Source: an uncultured archaeon (lineage in GTDB: Archaea; Nanobdellota; Nanobdellia; Pacearchaeales; GW2011-AR1). From it: a DNA stretch of 64,000 bases. The notes below the pieces were generated by a model. That model saw only the letters and a program-made list of their open reading frames with translations. It made no database searches and was not told where the DNA came from. A program made the position numbers and the translations under genes. Shown piece after piece: positions 1-9,783 of this stretch. Positions within the stretch are counted from its first letter, which is position 1. Each line of letters begins with the position of its first letter. The DNA is taken from assembly GCA_963845205.1 (NCBI GenBank), contig CAWJRC010000004.1, positions 105,040-169,039 of the forward strand, written 5' to 3'.

Positions 1-1653
1 GAAGTAATAAAAAAAGCTGAAAAGAAAACAGAAGAGATTATTGAATCTTACAATAATGGAACTCTTGAAATAATTCCTGGAAAAACAAAAGAGGAATCAA
101 GAGAAATAAAAATATTGCAGGCATTAAATGAAGTAAGAACCAAGATAGGGGAGATAGTCAAGAAAGAATTCCCTGAAGGTAATCCTGTAAATCATATGAT
201 TAAATCAGGCGGAGGCGGAAATATTTTGAATATTACGCAGATGGCTTCCTGCGTCGGCCAACAGGCATTATGGGGAAGGAGAATTGATTTAGGTTATAAT
301 CAGAGAACAATGTCGTTCTTCAAGCAGGGAGATTTATCTCCTCATTCGAGAGGATTTATCAGAAGTTCGTTCATCAAAGGATTGAGGCCAGATGAATTTT
401 TCTTTGGAGCAGTTACAGGAAGAGACTCACTCATGGATACAGCATTGAGAACTCCGAAATCAGGATATTTGTACAGAAGACTTGCAAACGCTCTGCAGGA
501 CTTGAGAGTTGAATACGACGGAACAATAAGAGACAGCAATAACAATGTTATACAATACAAATACGGCGATGACGGACTTGATGTTTCAAAACTTCATCTT
601 AAAGAACAAATCTCTTCAGGGGAAGCTATTGGAATCATAACTGCACAATCTTTCGGGGAATCATCAACACAAATGACCCTTAATGTATTCCACTTCGCAG
701 GAGTCCAGGAAATGCAGGTTACTTCAGGACTTCCAAGATTGATAGAAATTTTCGATGCAAGAAAAAAACCTTCTTCACCAAAGATGGAAATTTATTTGAA
801 GAAAGAATATAACAACGAAAAAGATGCAAAATCATTTGCTGAAAAAATAAAGGAAGTTACATTAAGGGAAATTGCATCCGAGATAAATTTGAATTTTAGC
901 AGCAAGATGATTGAAATCAAAATCGACAAGAATGCACTAAAACAGACCCATAGTTCGATAAAGACAATTGTTGAAAGACTGAATGATCTTGGATTCGCTG
1001 TAAAGGAAAAAGCCGACGCAATAACATTAAATGCTGCTGAATTTAATTTCAAGGAAATTTATCAGATGAAAGAAAAACTTAAGAAAACAATAATTTCAGG
1101 AATTAAAGGAGTTGCTCAGCTTTTGATTGTCAAGAGAGAAAAAGACTTTGTCATTATTACTCTTGGAACCAACTTGAAAAAGATGATAGCATTAAAAGAA
1201 GTTGATGCTGACAGAACAATTTCAAATGACTTTTATGAAGTTGCGGATATTTTCGGAATAGAAGTTGCGAGACAGCTGCTAATAAATGAAATTTATGAAG
1301 TTTTAAATTCACAAGGAGCAGACATCAATGAAAGGCACCTTAAACTCGTCGCTGATGCAATGACAAACACAGGAGAAGTTAAGGGAGTTACAAGAATGGG
1401 GATCATTGCACAGAAATCTTCAATTTTGGCAAGAGCAACTTTCGAGACTCCAGGAAAACAATTCATCAATGCAACAATAAAGGGAAGCAAGGATAAATTA
1501 ATCAGCGTAATAGAAAACATAATGCTTAATCAGCCGGTTCCTGTCGGAACAGGACTTCCAGGACTTCTAGTCAAAGTCATCGGCCCTTTGGTAAAAGAAG
1601 AATCGGAAAAGAAAACAGCGAAGAAAGAAATTGTTGAAGAGACAAATAAATAA
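1..1653 (+). CDS. rpo1: RNA polymerase largest subunit Rpo1, fused A'+A'' (5' end outside window)
   Basis: Frame open from base 1; A' C-terminal motifs (TALRTPKSGYLYRRL, YGDDG) run without a stop into A'' motifs (GEAIGIITAQSFGESSTQMTLNVFH, GLPRLIEI, ENIMLNQPVPVGTG). Confidence 0.96.
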   Translation, partial: EVIKKAEKKTEEIIESYNNGTLEIIPGKTKEESREIKILQALNEVRTKIGEIVKKEFPEGNPVNHMIKSGGGGNILNITQMASCVGQQALWGRRIDLGYNQRTMSFFKQGDLSPHSRGFIRSSFIKGLRPDEFFFGAVTGRDSLMDTALRTPKSGYLYRRLANALQDLRVEYDGTIRDSNNNVIQYKYGDDGLDVSKLHLKEQISSGEAIGIITAQSFGESSTQMTLNVFHFAGVQEMQVTSGLPRLIEIFDARKKPSSPKMEIYLKKEYNNEKDAKSFAEKIKEVTLREIASEINLNFSSKMIEIKIDKNALKQTHSSIKTIVERLNDLGFAVKEKADAITLNAAEFNFKEIYQMKEKLKKTIISGIKGVAQLLIVKREKDFVIITLGTNLKKMIALKEVDADRTISNDFYEVADIFGIEVARQLLINEIYEVLNSQGADINERHLKLVADAMTNTGEVKGVTRMGIIAQKSSILARATFETPGKQFINATIKGSKDKLISVIENIMLNQPVPVGTGLPGLLVKVIGPLVKEESEKKTAKKEIVEETNK

Positions 1654-1712
1654 ATTTCTTAATTTAAAATACGAATAACTTTATAAAACAAATTCTTCTA
1701 AAAGATTTAAAC

Positions 1713-2129
1713 ATGATGAAAACAATTGACATGCAGGACATGAGGCATCTGAATTTATTTAGCAAAGTTACAAACATAAATACAAATTTCTGTGTGAAAT
1801 ACAACGACACAATAATTTTCTGCGTGCCAAAAAATCTTTTGATGAGAGCAGTTGGTGAAAATGCGAGGAACATCAGAACTCTAAGTGATATTATAAGAAA
1901 AAAAGTCAGGGTTATCCCGTGCCCGAGAGGAATTCAGGATGCCAAACCATTCATAGAACAAATTATCAGGCCGGTCACATTCAAGGATATGCAGATAACA
2001 AATAATGAAATAGTTATTACTGCAGGAATAATGAATAAAGCTGCATTAATCGGAAGAGAAAAGAGGAGACTTCTTGAACTTCAGAAAATCGCAAAGGATT
2101 ATTTTGGAAAAGAACTTAGAATTATTTGA
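1713..2129 (+). CDS. nusA: Archaeal NusA (KH domains)
   Basis: AVGENARNI and ALIGREKRRL KH motifs; canonical position between rpoA2 and rps12. Confidence 0.88.
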   Translation: MMKTIDMQDMRHLNLFSKVTNINTNFCVKYNDTIIFCVPKNLLMRAVGENARNIRTLSDIIRKKVRVIPCPRGIQDAKPFIEQIIRPVTFKDMQITNNEIVITAGIMNKAALIGREKRRLLELQKIAKDYFGKELRII

Positions 2130-2170
2130 TTATTCGCAAGTTTTATAAATGAATTTTATCAACAATAATT

Positions 2171-2593
2171 ATGGGATTGAAAAGCGCAAAAAAATTAATG
2201 AAGAACAGAAAAAAGTTCAGATGGAAAGACAGCAAGTATATTGCAAAAACTCTTAATCTATACGCAAAAGCAGACCCGCTTGAAGGAGCAAATCAAGCAA
2301 AAGGAATTGTTCTGCAAAAAGTTCAGAAAGAAGCAAAGCAGCCAAATTCAGCGATGAGAAAATGTTGCAAAGTTCAGCTTAAGAAAAACGGAAAGTTTGT
2401 TACTGCATTCATTCCGGGAAATTTGGCGCAGAGATTTATTGATGAACACGACGAAGTTTTAATTCAAAGAATCGGCGGAAAACAGGGAAGAAGTAAAGGA
2501 GATATTCCGGGTGTAAGATTCCAAGTTATTCAAGTAAATGATCAGCCCTTGGATAGACTTACAAGCGGCAAGATAGAGAAGGGTAGAAGATAA
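2171..2593 (+). CDS. rps12: 30S ribosomal protein S12 (uS12)
   Basis: [11 protein letters not shown] and GDIPGVRF motifs. Confidence 0.98.
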   Translation: MGLKSAKKLMKNRKKFRWKDSKYIAKTLNLYAKADPLEGANQAKGIVLQKVQKEAKQPNSAMRKCCKVQLKKNGKFVTAFIPGNLAQRFIDEHDEVLIQRIGGKQGRSKGDIPGVRFQVIQVNDQPLDRLTSGKIEKGRR

Positions 2594-2594
2594 A

Positions 2595-3209
2595 ATGGCA
2601 GAAGAAAAACAAAAAATTAATTTCAAAATTTTTGACTTGTATGATATTTCTGGAATTGAAGTAAAAGATCAGGGATTAAAATCAGTAATAAATTTACAGC
2701 CAAAATTAGTTCTTCAAAGCCACGGAAGAAATGTACAGAGATTCGGGCAGACAAAGGTTAATGTTGTTGAAAGATTGATGAATAGAATTGCTGTTGCAGG
2801 ACACAGAGGTAAGAAACACAAAATAATCAAAGGAACAGCTACAGGAAAATATCCAAAGAACATGAAAATTGTTCTAGATGCATTCAAGCTCATAGAAAAG
2901 AAAACACAGAAAAATCCAGTTGAGGTTCTTGTAAGAGCAATTGAGAATTCTGCTCCCAGAGATGAAATAACAGTTATAGAATACGGAGGAACAAGATATC
3001 CTCAGGCAGTTGATGTAGCTCCATTAAGAAGAATCAATCTTGTTTTAAGATGGATTGTTCAAGGAGCATCAGATAAAGCATTCAACAAAAAGAAAACTTT
3101 GACAGAGGCTCTTGCAGAAGAACTTATTCTTGCATCAGAAAACAACGGAGAGAGTTTTGCAATGAGAAAAAAGAATGAATCTGAAAAGCAGGCTGATGCT
3201 GCTAGATAA
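2595..3209 (+). CDS. rps7: 30S ribosomal protein S7 (uS7)
   Basis: NPVEVLVRAIENSAPRDE, QAVDVAPLRR; follows rps12. Confidence 0.98.
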   Translation: MAEEKQKINFKIFDLYDISGIEVKDQGLKSVINLQPKLVLQSHGRNVQRFGQTKVNVVERLMNRIAVAGHRGKKHKIIKGTATGKYPKNMKIVLDAFKLIEKKTQKNPVEVLVRAIENSAPRDEITVIEYGGTRYPQAVDVAPLRRINLVLRWIVQGASDKAFNKKKTLTEALAEELILASENNGESFAMRKKNESEKQADAAR

Positions 3210-3263
3210 TTCTATATTTCAAATAACAAATTTATTTTTAAAGTATTAATTTAATTTTATATC

Positions 3264-3662
3264 ATGTCAAAATATAAAGAGATAATTAAATTGCTGGATT
3301 CAAATGAAAGAATTGATGCGATGGAAATCAGCAGAACATTAAATGATATTTTAAAAGATATTAATGTTCCTAATTATTACATTGCTAAAGGCTTAGGTAT
3401 TGATGAAAAATATTTTTTGCAAATTAAAAATAATTATTATGGGTCTTATACCCATGATGAAAATATTAATTCATTAGAACGTTTAATAAGATTAGTTGAT
3501 TTTGCGGAAGACACTTTAAGCAAAGAGGGGGTAAAAGAATGGCTTGAGAAACCAAATCCAAATCTTGGCTATACTTCTCCGATATTGTACCTTCGTTCAG
3601 ATGAAGAGATGGAAAAAGTTTTATCTTTGCTTGGAGCTATTGGTCATGGGCTTCCAGCATAA
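3264..3662 (+). CDS. Xre/MbcA/ParS-like antitoxin (HTH plus toxin-binding C-domain), orphan
   Basis: C-terminal WLEKPNPNLGYTSPILYL...VLSLLGAIGHG resembles MbcA/ParS/Xre C-terminal domain; N-terminal IAKGLGI helix-turn-helix. Confidence 0.7.
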   Translation: MSKYKEIIKLLDSNERIDAMEISRTLNDILKDINVPNYYIAKGLGIDEKYFLQIKNNYYGSYTHDENINSLERLIRLVDFAEDTLSKEGVKEWLEKPNPNLGYTSPILYLRSDEEMEKVLSLLGAIGHGLPA

Positions 3663-3719
3663 AAAATAGTCCTTTTATCTCAATAATCCTTAAATAGTGA
3701 ATTGCTTCCCGATTAACCC

Positions 3720-4148
3720 ATGAGAAAAACATTGTCAAGTTTGATCATTGCCGGATTATTGTTCAGCGGATGCTCGCAATATAATCTTACAAGGGATCAA
3801 CTTGTATCAAAAATTGACAAAGAAAGAGTTTTCAAAAAGGGAGATTTTGGGAAATACTGCATCTCTGCTGTCGCTCAAGGTGAAGATATTATAGCAGCTT
3901 ATTCTCTAAATACTAACGGAACTCCCGATTTGGGGGCTGATTTTGAAATAACGAAAATAAGTGCCGACTCTAACGGGGTCCATATCGAAACAAAAGAAAA
4001 TGCAACAATAGTTTTAATTTATAACGGAACAAATGAAATAGAATATTCTGATACTAAAGGAAATGGGATTCTTGATAAAAAAGAGATTATAGACAATGAT
4101 AACAATTTAGAATTAGATAACAATCCCAAATACCAGATCTCTATATGA
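3720..4148 (+). CDS. Hypothetical secreted protein with lipobox-like signal
   Basis: MRK, hydrophobic stretch, LFSGC. Confidence 0.65.
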   Translation: MRKTLSSLIIAGLLFSGCSQYNLTRDQLVSKIDKERVFKKGDFGKYCISAVAQGEDIIAAYSLNTNGTPDLGADFEITKISADSNGVHIETKENATIVLIYNGTNEIEYSDTKGNGILDKKEIIDNDNNLELDNNPKYQISI

Positions 4149-4223
4149 AATGAAAGAATTTTCTAAGTAGTAACTTTTAAAAAGCATTTTTATTTTCATT
4201 AATTGTTCTAACTATTTATTAAA

Positions 4224-6413
4224 ATGGCAGAAAAAGAAACACAATTTCAGAAGATACAAAGACTTAGCTCGAGCCAGAAAAATATCAGAAACATAGCGAC
4301 GAGCGCGCATATTCACCACGGAAAAACTGCTCTTACAGACAATCTTCTTGCTGCATCAGGATATATGGCTGCAAAGAATGCGGGGAATCTTGATGAAGGA
4401 ATGGCAACATGGCAGCATGCTGATGAGCAGGAACGATTGATGACAGTCGATTCTGCGAACGTTTCCATGGTTCACGATTTTCACGGAGAAGAATATTTGA
4501 TTAATTTAATTGATACTCCTGGGCACGTTGACTTTGGGGGGAATGTTACAAGAGCCATGAGAGCTATCGACGGAACAATTGTCCTTGTTTGCGCTGTCGA
4601 GGGAATAATGCCCCAAACAGAAACAGTCATTAAACAGGCATTGAGAGAAAGAGTAAAGCCCGTTTTATTCATCAATAAAGTTGACAGATTAATCAAAGAG
4701 ATGAAACTAACTCCTGAAGGAATGCAGCAGAGATTTGTAAAAATTATAAATGAATTTAATGATTTAGTAAGTAAAATTGCAGACCAGGATTTCAAGGAAA
4801 AATGGCTTGTTAACATCAATGATGGAAGCGTTGCTTTCGGAAGTGCCAAAGAGAACTGGGCGCTTTCTGTTCCTTTCATGATTAAAAAGAAAATTACATT
4901 CAAGGATATTTTCACTCTTGTTGAAATGAACGATACTGACAGAAAAGAATGGGTCTGGAAGAATGCTCCGCTTTATGAAGTTCTTCTGGATATGGCTGTA
5001 AAACATTTGCCAAATCCTCTTGAAGCACAACAATACAGAATTCCAAAAATATGGCACGGAGATCTTGACAGCGAATTCGGAAAAGATTTGCTTAGCTGCA
5101 ATCCCAAAGGAAAAATTGCTTTTGTGATAACAAGAATTGTAATAGATCCCCGTTCAGGAAAAGAAATTTCAGCGGGAAGACTTTTTTCAGGAACAATAAA
5201 AAACGGAATGGAAGTTCATCTTAATCTCGCGAATAAAGAACAAAAAGTCCAGCAGATATTCATTTACAATGGAATAAAACCGGAGCAGATTGAAGAAATC
5301 GGACCTGGAAATGTAATTGCAATTTCAGGAGTTACAGGAGAAGCAGGAGAGACAGTAACGCTTGAACCAGAAACTGCATTCGAAGAATTAAGACATATTT
5401 TTGAACCAGTCGTTACAAAATCGATTGAAGTAAAAAAAATGATGGATTTGCCGAAGCTGGTTGAAATATTAAAACAAGTTGCAAAAGAGGACCCTTCTGT
5501 AAAAGTAGAAATTAACGAACAGACAGGAGAAAGTTTGATTTCGGGAATGGGAGAACTTCATCTAGAAATAATCGAAAACAGAATCAAGACAGAAAAGGAA
5601 CTTGATGTAAAAACTTCTGCTCCTATTGTTGTTTACAGAGAAACAGTAAACAAAGAATCTCCTGAAATGGAAGGAAGAAGCCCAAACAAGCACAATAGTT
5701 TTTTCATTTCTGTCGAGCCGCTGGAAGATAATATTTATGCTGCGATAAAAAGCGGGGAAATTCCTGAAGGAAGAGTCAAGAAAAAAAGTCAGGAACTTGC
5801 AAATGTTCTGAACAAATTCAACTGGGATGGAGAATCAATAAGAAGCGTCAGGGATGTTTACAAGGGAAATATGTTTTTTGACAGGACAAAAGGAGAAGTT
5901 CACATCGGAGAAGTAATCGACATGATACTGGATGCATTTGAGATGGTTATGGATAAAGGCCCATTAGCCAGAGAGCCGTGCACAAAAATGAAACTTTCAT
6001 TAATGGATATCAAGCTTCACGAAGATGCGATCCACAGAGGCCCTGCCCAGGTTTATCCTGCTGTAAGAGAATCTATCACAGAAGCAATGAACAAAGCTGA
6101 TGCATGCCTCCTTGAGCCAGTACAGGTGCATCTGATTGAATTCCCCGACAAATTCTTAAGCACAATTACAAGACTAGTCGGAAGCAAAAGAGGACAGTTG
6201 CTCGAAGTAAAACAGGAAAATGGAGAGAGCGCAATAAAGGCGAAGATTCCTGTCGCTGAAATGATTGGATGGAGCAATGATTTGAGAAGCGCAACAGAAG
6301 GAAGAGGAGTTTCATCTCTTGCAGAACAGATGTTCGAAAAACTTCCGCAATCATTGACAAAAGATGTTATACAAAAAATAAGAAGCAGAAAAGGATTAGC
6401 TGAGAATCAGTAA
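4224..6413 (+). CDS. fusA: Translation elongation factor aEF-2
   Basis: AHIHHGKT, DTPGHVDF, NKVD, GMGELHLE, diphthamide loop LHEDAIHRGPAQV. Confidence 0.98.
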   Translation: MAEKETQFQKIQRLSSSQKNIRNIATSAHIHHGKTALTDNLLAASGYMAAKNAGNLDEGMATWQHADEQERLMTVDSANVSMVHDFHGEEYLINLIDTPGHVDFGGNVTRAMRAIDGTIVLVCAVEGIMPQTETVIKQALRERVKPVLFINKVDRLIKEMKLTPEGMQQRFVKIINEFNDLVSKIADQDFKEKWLVNINDGSVAFGSAKENWALSVPFMIKKKITFKDIFTLVEMNDTDRKEWVWKNAPLYEVLLDMAVKHLPNPLEAQQYRIPKIWHGDLDSEFGKDLLSCNPKGKIAFVITRIVIDPRSGKEISAGRLFSGTIKNGMEVHLNLANKEQKVQQIFIYNGIKPEQIEEIGPGNVIAISGVTGEAGETVTLEPETAFEELRHIFEPVVTKSIEVKKMMDLPKLVEILKQVAKEDPSVKVEINEQTGESLISGMGELHLEIIENRIKTEKELDVKTSAPIVVYRETVNKESPEMEGRSPNKHNSFFISVEPLEDNIYAAIKSGEIPEGRVKKKSQELANVLNKFNWDGESIRSVRDVYKGNMFFDRTKGEVHIGEVIDMILDAFEMVMDKGPLAREPCTKMKLSLMDIKLHEDAIHRGPAQVYPAVRESITEAMNKADACLLEPVQVHLIEFPDKFLSTITRLVGSKRGQLLEVKQENGESAIKAKIPVAEMIGWSNDLRSATEGRGVSSLAEQMFEKLPQSLTKDVIQKIRSRKGLAENQ

Positions 6414-6489
6414 ATTAGAAGAAAAAAACAAAACATTTTTAAACCTAAATTTTTTTAGATGATTAGCAAAAAATTTTATACAAAAAACA

Positions 6490-7776
6490 ATGGCTAAAGA
6501 AAAACCAAACATGAATGTCGTGTTCGTCGGACACGTCGATGCTGGAAAGTCAACTACAGTTGGAAGACTATTGTTCGACTCAGGAATAGTTTCTGAACAA
6601 GAAATGAAAAAACTTAAAGAGGAAGCTGAAAAACACGGAAAAGCTGGTTTTGAATTCGCATATGTTATGGATAAAATTAAAGAAGAGAGAGAAAGAGGAG
6701 TTACAATTGATTTAGCTTACAAGAAAATTATGACTCAGAAATTCCAAATCACAATCATTGATGCACCTGGTCACAGAGATTTCGTTAAAAATATGATCAC
6801 TGGAGCTTCACAAGCTGATGCTGCATTCCTTGTCGTCGCTGGAACAACAGGAATAGAACCCCAGACAAAAGAGCACTTATGGCTTTTGAGAACAATGGGA
6901 GTTCAGAATATCGCTGTTTTAATAAACAAGATGGATTCAATAAACTATGATGAAGCAAAATTCAACAAAATAAAAGAAGATGTTTCTATGTTATTAAAGA
7001 CAGTTGGATACAAATTAGAAAAAGTTAACTTCATTGCAGGTTCAGGACAAAAGGGAGATAATATTGCTAAGAAATCAACAAACATGCCTTGGTACAAAGG
7101 ACCAACTGTTGTAGAACAATTTGATTTATTCCCCCAGCCAGAATTACCTACTAATTTACCAATGAGAATGCCTATTCAGGATGTTTATGAAATTACAGGA
7201 ATAGGAACTGTTCCAGTTGGAAAAGTAGAAACAGGAATTATGAAAGTTGGACAGAAAGTTATGGTACTACCTGGAAGAACAGGAAAAGGAATTCCTGGAG
7301 AAATAAAAACAATAGAAATGCACCATGAAGCAATGCCAGAAGCATTGGCTGGAGATAATATCGGAGTAAACATACGAGGGGTAGGAAAGAAAGATATGGC
7401 AAGAGGAGATGTTATCTGCGATGCTGCTAAACCAATTCCAGTAGTTGAAGAATTTATTGCTCAGATTGCAGTAATCAATCACCCAACTGTTTTGGCTAAA
7501 GGTTACACACCAGTATTTCATGTTCACACTGCTCAAGTTCCATGCCAATTCGCAGAACTTATAGAGCAAATTGACCCAAAGACAGGACAAGTTATGAAGA
7601 CAAATCCTGATTTCTTGAAAAATGGGGATGTTGCTAAAGTAAGAATAAGACCTCAAGGAAACTTGTGCATTGAAACTCAGAAAGAAAATTCTTTTATGTC
7701 AAGATTTGCTGTAAGAGATGCAGGACAAACAGTTGCTGCTGGCGTCTGCATTGAAATCGTAAAGAAAAAGCAGTAA
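6490..7776 (+). CDS. tuf: Translation elongation factor aEF-1A
   Basis: GHVDAGKST, ERERGVTID, DAPGHRDFVKNMITGASQAD, NKMD. Confidence 0.99.
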   Translation: MAKEKPNMNVVFVGHVDAGKSTTVGRLLFDSGIVSEQEMKKLKEEAEKHGKAGFEFAYVMDKIKEERERGVTIDLAYKKIMTQKFQITIIDAPGHRDFVKNMITGASQADAAFLVVAGTTGIEPQTKEHLWLLRTMGVQNIAVLINKMDSINYDEAKFNKIKEDVSMLLKTVGYKLEKVNFIAGSGQKGDNIAKKSTNMPWYKGPTVVEQFDLFPQPELPTNLPMRMPIQDVYEITGIGTVPVGKVETGIMKVGQKVMVLPGRTGKGIPGEIKTIEMHHEAMPEALAGDNIGVNIRGVGKKDMARGDVICDAAKPIPVVEEFIAQIAVINHPTVLAKGYTPVFHVHTAQVPCQFAELIEQIDPKTGQVMKTNPDFLKNGDVAKVRIRPQGNLCIETQKENSFMSRFAVRDAGQTVAAGVCIEIVKKKQ

Positions 7777-7805
7777 GATTTCTTAATAAGTTATTTTATA
7801 TTAAT

Positions 7806-7973
7806 ATGTTAGAAAAATATCAAACTGAATTTGAAGAAATGTATCAAAGGGTAATTAACAGAAATGAAATTCCGTTAAAAGTGATTGGGGATTATATGAA
7901 AATTTTTGAAAAAGAAGGCATCGGAAGTTTAGGAGTGATAAATTATCTTGGGGAATATTCTAGAAGAAAATAA
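7806..7973 (+). CDS. Small hypothetical protein, 55 aa (not in ORF track)
   Basis: Manual translation MLEKYQTEFEEMYQRVINRNEIPLKVIGDYMKIFEKEGIGSLGVINYLGEYSRRK; fills the gap after tuf. Confidence 0.45.
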   Translation: MLEKYQTEFEEMYQRVINRNEIPLKVIGDYMKIFEKEGIGSLGVINYLGEYSRRK

Positions 7974-7974
7974 T

Positions 7975-8709
7975 TTAGAAACTAATCCTCTTAATTACTC
8001 CTAACTTAATTCCATAATCTGAAACATCTTTACCGTATGTTTCACTAAAAAAACCTAAACCGAAATATAAATTATCTTCGGGATTTCCCACATAAATTGA
8101 TGCAGAAAATTTATCCCCCCATCCTTCATAAAGTTCTTTGGGATTTCCGAGAGGAACGCTGTAATTTTTTCCATTAACAACATTTACTCCCTGATAATCC
8201 TGTTCAACGATTTGATAATACTCTTTTGAATATTCTGCATTAAGCAAAACATAATGGTTGAATAGATCCAGATTGGCAGAAATTCCAATTGGAGGATATT
8301 TGACAATATCAATTTCTTCAAGCTTAACAGGATCCCACCAGTTTAAGTTTATAGTTTCAAGACCAGTTGAAGGAAAATTTATTCCTAAACGAGGGCCTAT
8401 TGAAAAGTAATCTCCTAATCTTATTTTTAGAGACAGTCCTGCTTCAAAATTTGCACAAGTTCCTGAAGGGGAGTAATTCAATGAGTTATCTCCGTATGCA
8501 GGATCCCAGCAAAGAGGCTGAAAATTGTTTTGCCAACCATCATATGCTTTTACCTCGTGATTATATGTTTGCGGACCTGCTTCTGCTATTGCATCGATGT
8601 CGAACTCAAAAAGACTGTCCTGAGCATGAATATTATTCATATTAAGAGAAAGAGCAATAGCCGGAACCAAAGCCAGCTTCATTATATTCGAAACCAGTCC
8701 GCTTCCCAT
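7975..8709 (-). CDS. Secreted protein resembling an outer-membrane beta-barrel
   Basis: Signal peptide; alternating strands FEAGLSLKIRL, FSIGPRLGINF, IGISANLDL, FSASIYVG, YFGLGFFSE, YGIKLGVIKRISF with terminal Phe. Confidence 0.6.
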   Translation of the reverse strand: MGSGLVSNIMKLALVPAIALSLNMNNIHAQDSLFEFDIDAIAEAGPQTYNHEVKAYDGWQNNFQPLCWDPAYGDNSLNYSPSGTCANFEAGLSLKIRLGDYFSIGPRLGINFPSTGLETINLNWWDPVKLEEIDIVKYPPIGISANLDLFNHYVLLNAEYSKEYYQIVEQDYQGVNVVNGKNYSVPLGNPKELYEGWGDKFSASIYVGNPEDNLYFGLGFFSETYGKDVSDYGIKLGVIKRISF

Positions 8710-8806
8710 GTCATTTTAAAGGGGTTAAACTTTATATATTTATCTATTACAATCGGTTATATTTTCTTACATAAAAACTTTTAAACTAGGTTTTTATTTT
8801 CATTTT

Positions 8807-8953
8807 ATGGAAGATGAAAAAGAAGGGAAAAGGGCAAGCAAGTTTTTTGTAACAATTACAGGAAACAATACGCATTTTGAATGCCCGATAGATAACATGA
8901 ATGATTTTGAGGATCTGGACAGAATTTTGAAAGTTCTGAAAAAGAAATTGTAA
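8807..8953 (+). CDS. Small hypothetical protein, 48 aa (not in ORF track)
   Basis: MEDEKEGKRASKFFVTITGNNTHFECPIDNMNDFEDLDRILKVLKKKL; TTTTAAA box about 25 nt upstream; stop 1 nt before next ATG. Confidence 0.55.
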   Translation: MEDEKEGKRASKFFVTITGNNTHFECPIDNMNDFEDLDRILKVLKKKL

Positions 8954-8954
8954 T

Positions 8955-9515
8955 ATGATACTAAGAAAAGAGATGACTAAGATTGAAATCGAAAAAGAAT
9001 TAAATCGTCAGGGAGATTACGTCCAGATCGATACTATAACAAGATTTCTCAAAGAAAACCCAGCAATGGACTTAAAAAAATTTCTTTATACAAAATTAAC
9101 AGAAATTTATGAAAGAAGAAACATGTTCATAGATGAAGCCGAGGTTTACAACAGGTTAATTGATATTGCTTTAACTCCTTCGGAAAAGGTTAATTGTTTG
9201 GTAAAGGCAACTGAATGCTATATAAAAGCAGGAGTTTTTGACAAAGCAGACCTGATGATGAGCAAAGTTACAGGACAGGTAAAAGAGCTTGAAAGAAGGA
9301 AAATAGTGAATTCAATCATTGAATTCTATAAAAAACAAGCGCTTGTTTATGAAAAGGAAAAAAGAAGGAACAGAGCAGTAAAAACTTATGAAAAAATTCT
9401 TTCAATGAATATTCTTGACTCAGAAAAAAAAGAAGTTAAACAAAGGCTAGTAAAATTATATCAGGAACTCGGAATGGTAGGGGAATATATGAAAATTAAG
9501 GGCGAATCTGAGTGA
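8955..9515 (+). CDS. Hypothetical alpha-helical, TPR-like protein
   Basis: Repeated helix pairs (KATECYIKAGVFDKA, RAVKTYEKIL). Confidence 0.65.
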   Translation: MILRKEMTKIEIEKELNRQGDYVQIDTITRFLKENPAMDLKKFLYTKLTEIYERRNMFIDEAEVYNRLIDIALTPSEKVNCLVKATECYIKAGVFDKADLMMSKVTGQVKELERRKIVNSIIEFYKKQALVYEKEKRRNRAVKTYEKILSMNILDSEKKEVKQRLVKLYQELGMVGEYMKIKGESE

Positions 9516-9614
9516 GGGCATCCACTTGACAGCAATTTTATCTCAAATTAATTTGACAGAAAGATTTATATACTACCATATATCACCATATTACATGGAG
9601 TTACAAAATGGAAA

Positions 9615-9782
9615 ATGACAAAGATACAAATAGACTTAGACGAGGAAGAAGACAAGATTGTAGAGATATACAAATTAGTAAACAATCTAAAGACAAAGGA
9701 GCAGGCAATTAAAATAATGGTAAAATATTTTAAGGCAGAAGTTAAACCTAAGAATCTAAAAGATAAGGAGTATTTTAAATAA
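9615..9782 (+). CDS. Small ribbon-helix-helix, DUF2683-like DNA-binding protein, 55 aa (not in ORF track)
   Basis: MTKIQIDLDEEEDKIVEIYKLVNNLKTKEQAIKIMVKYFKAEVKPKNLKDKEYFK; beta-strand then two helices; stop 1 nt before next ATG. Confidence 0.7.
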   Translation: MTKIQIDLDEEEDKIVEIYKLVNNLKTKEQAIKIMVKYFKAEVKPKNLKDKEYFK

Positions 9783-9783
9783 A

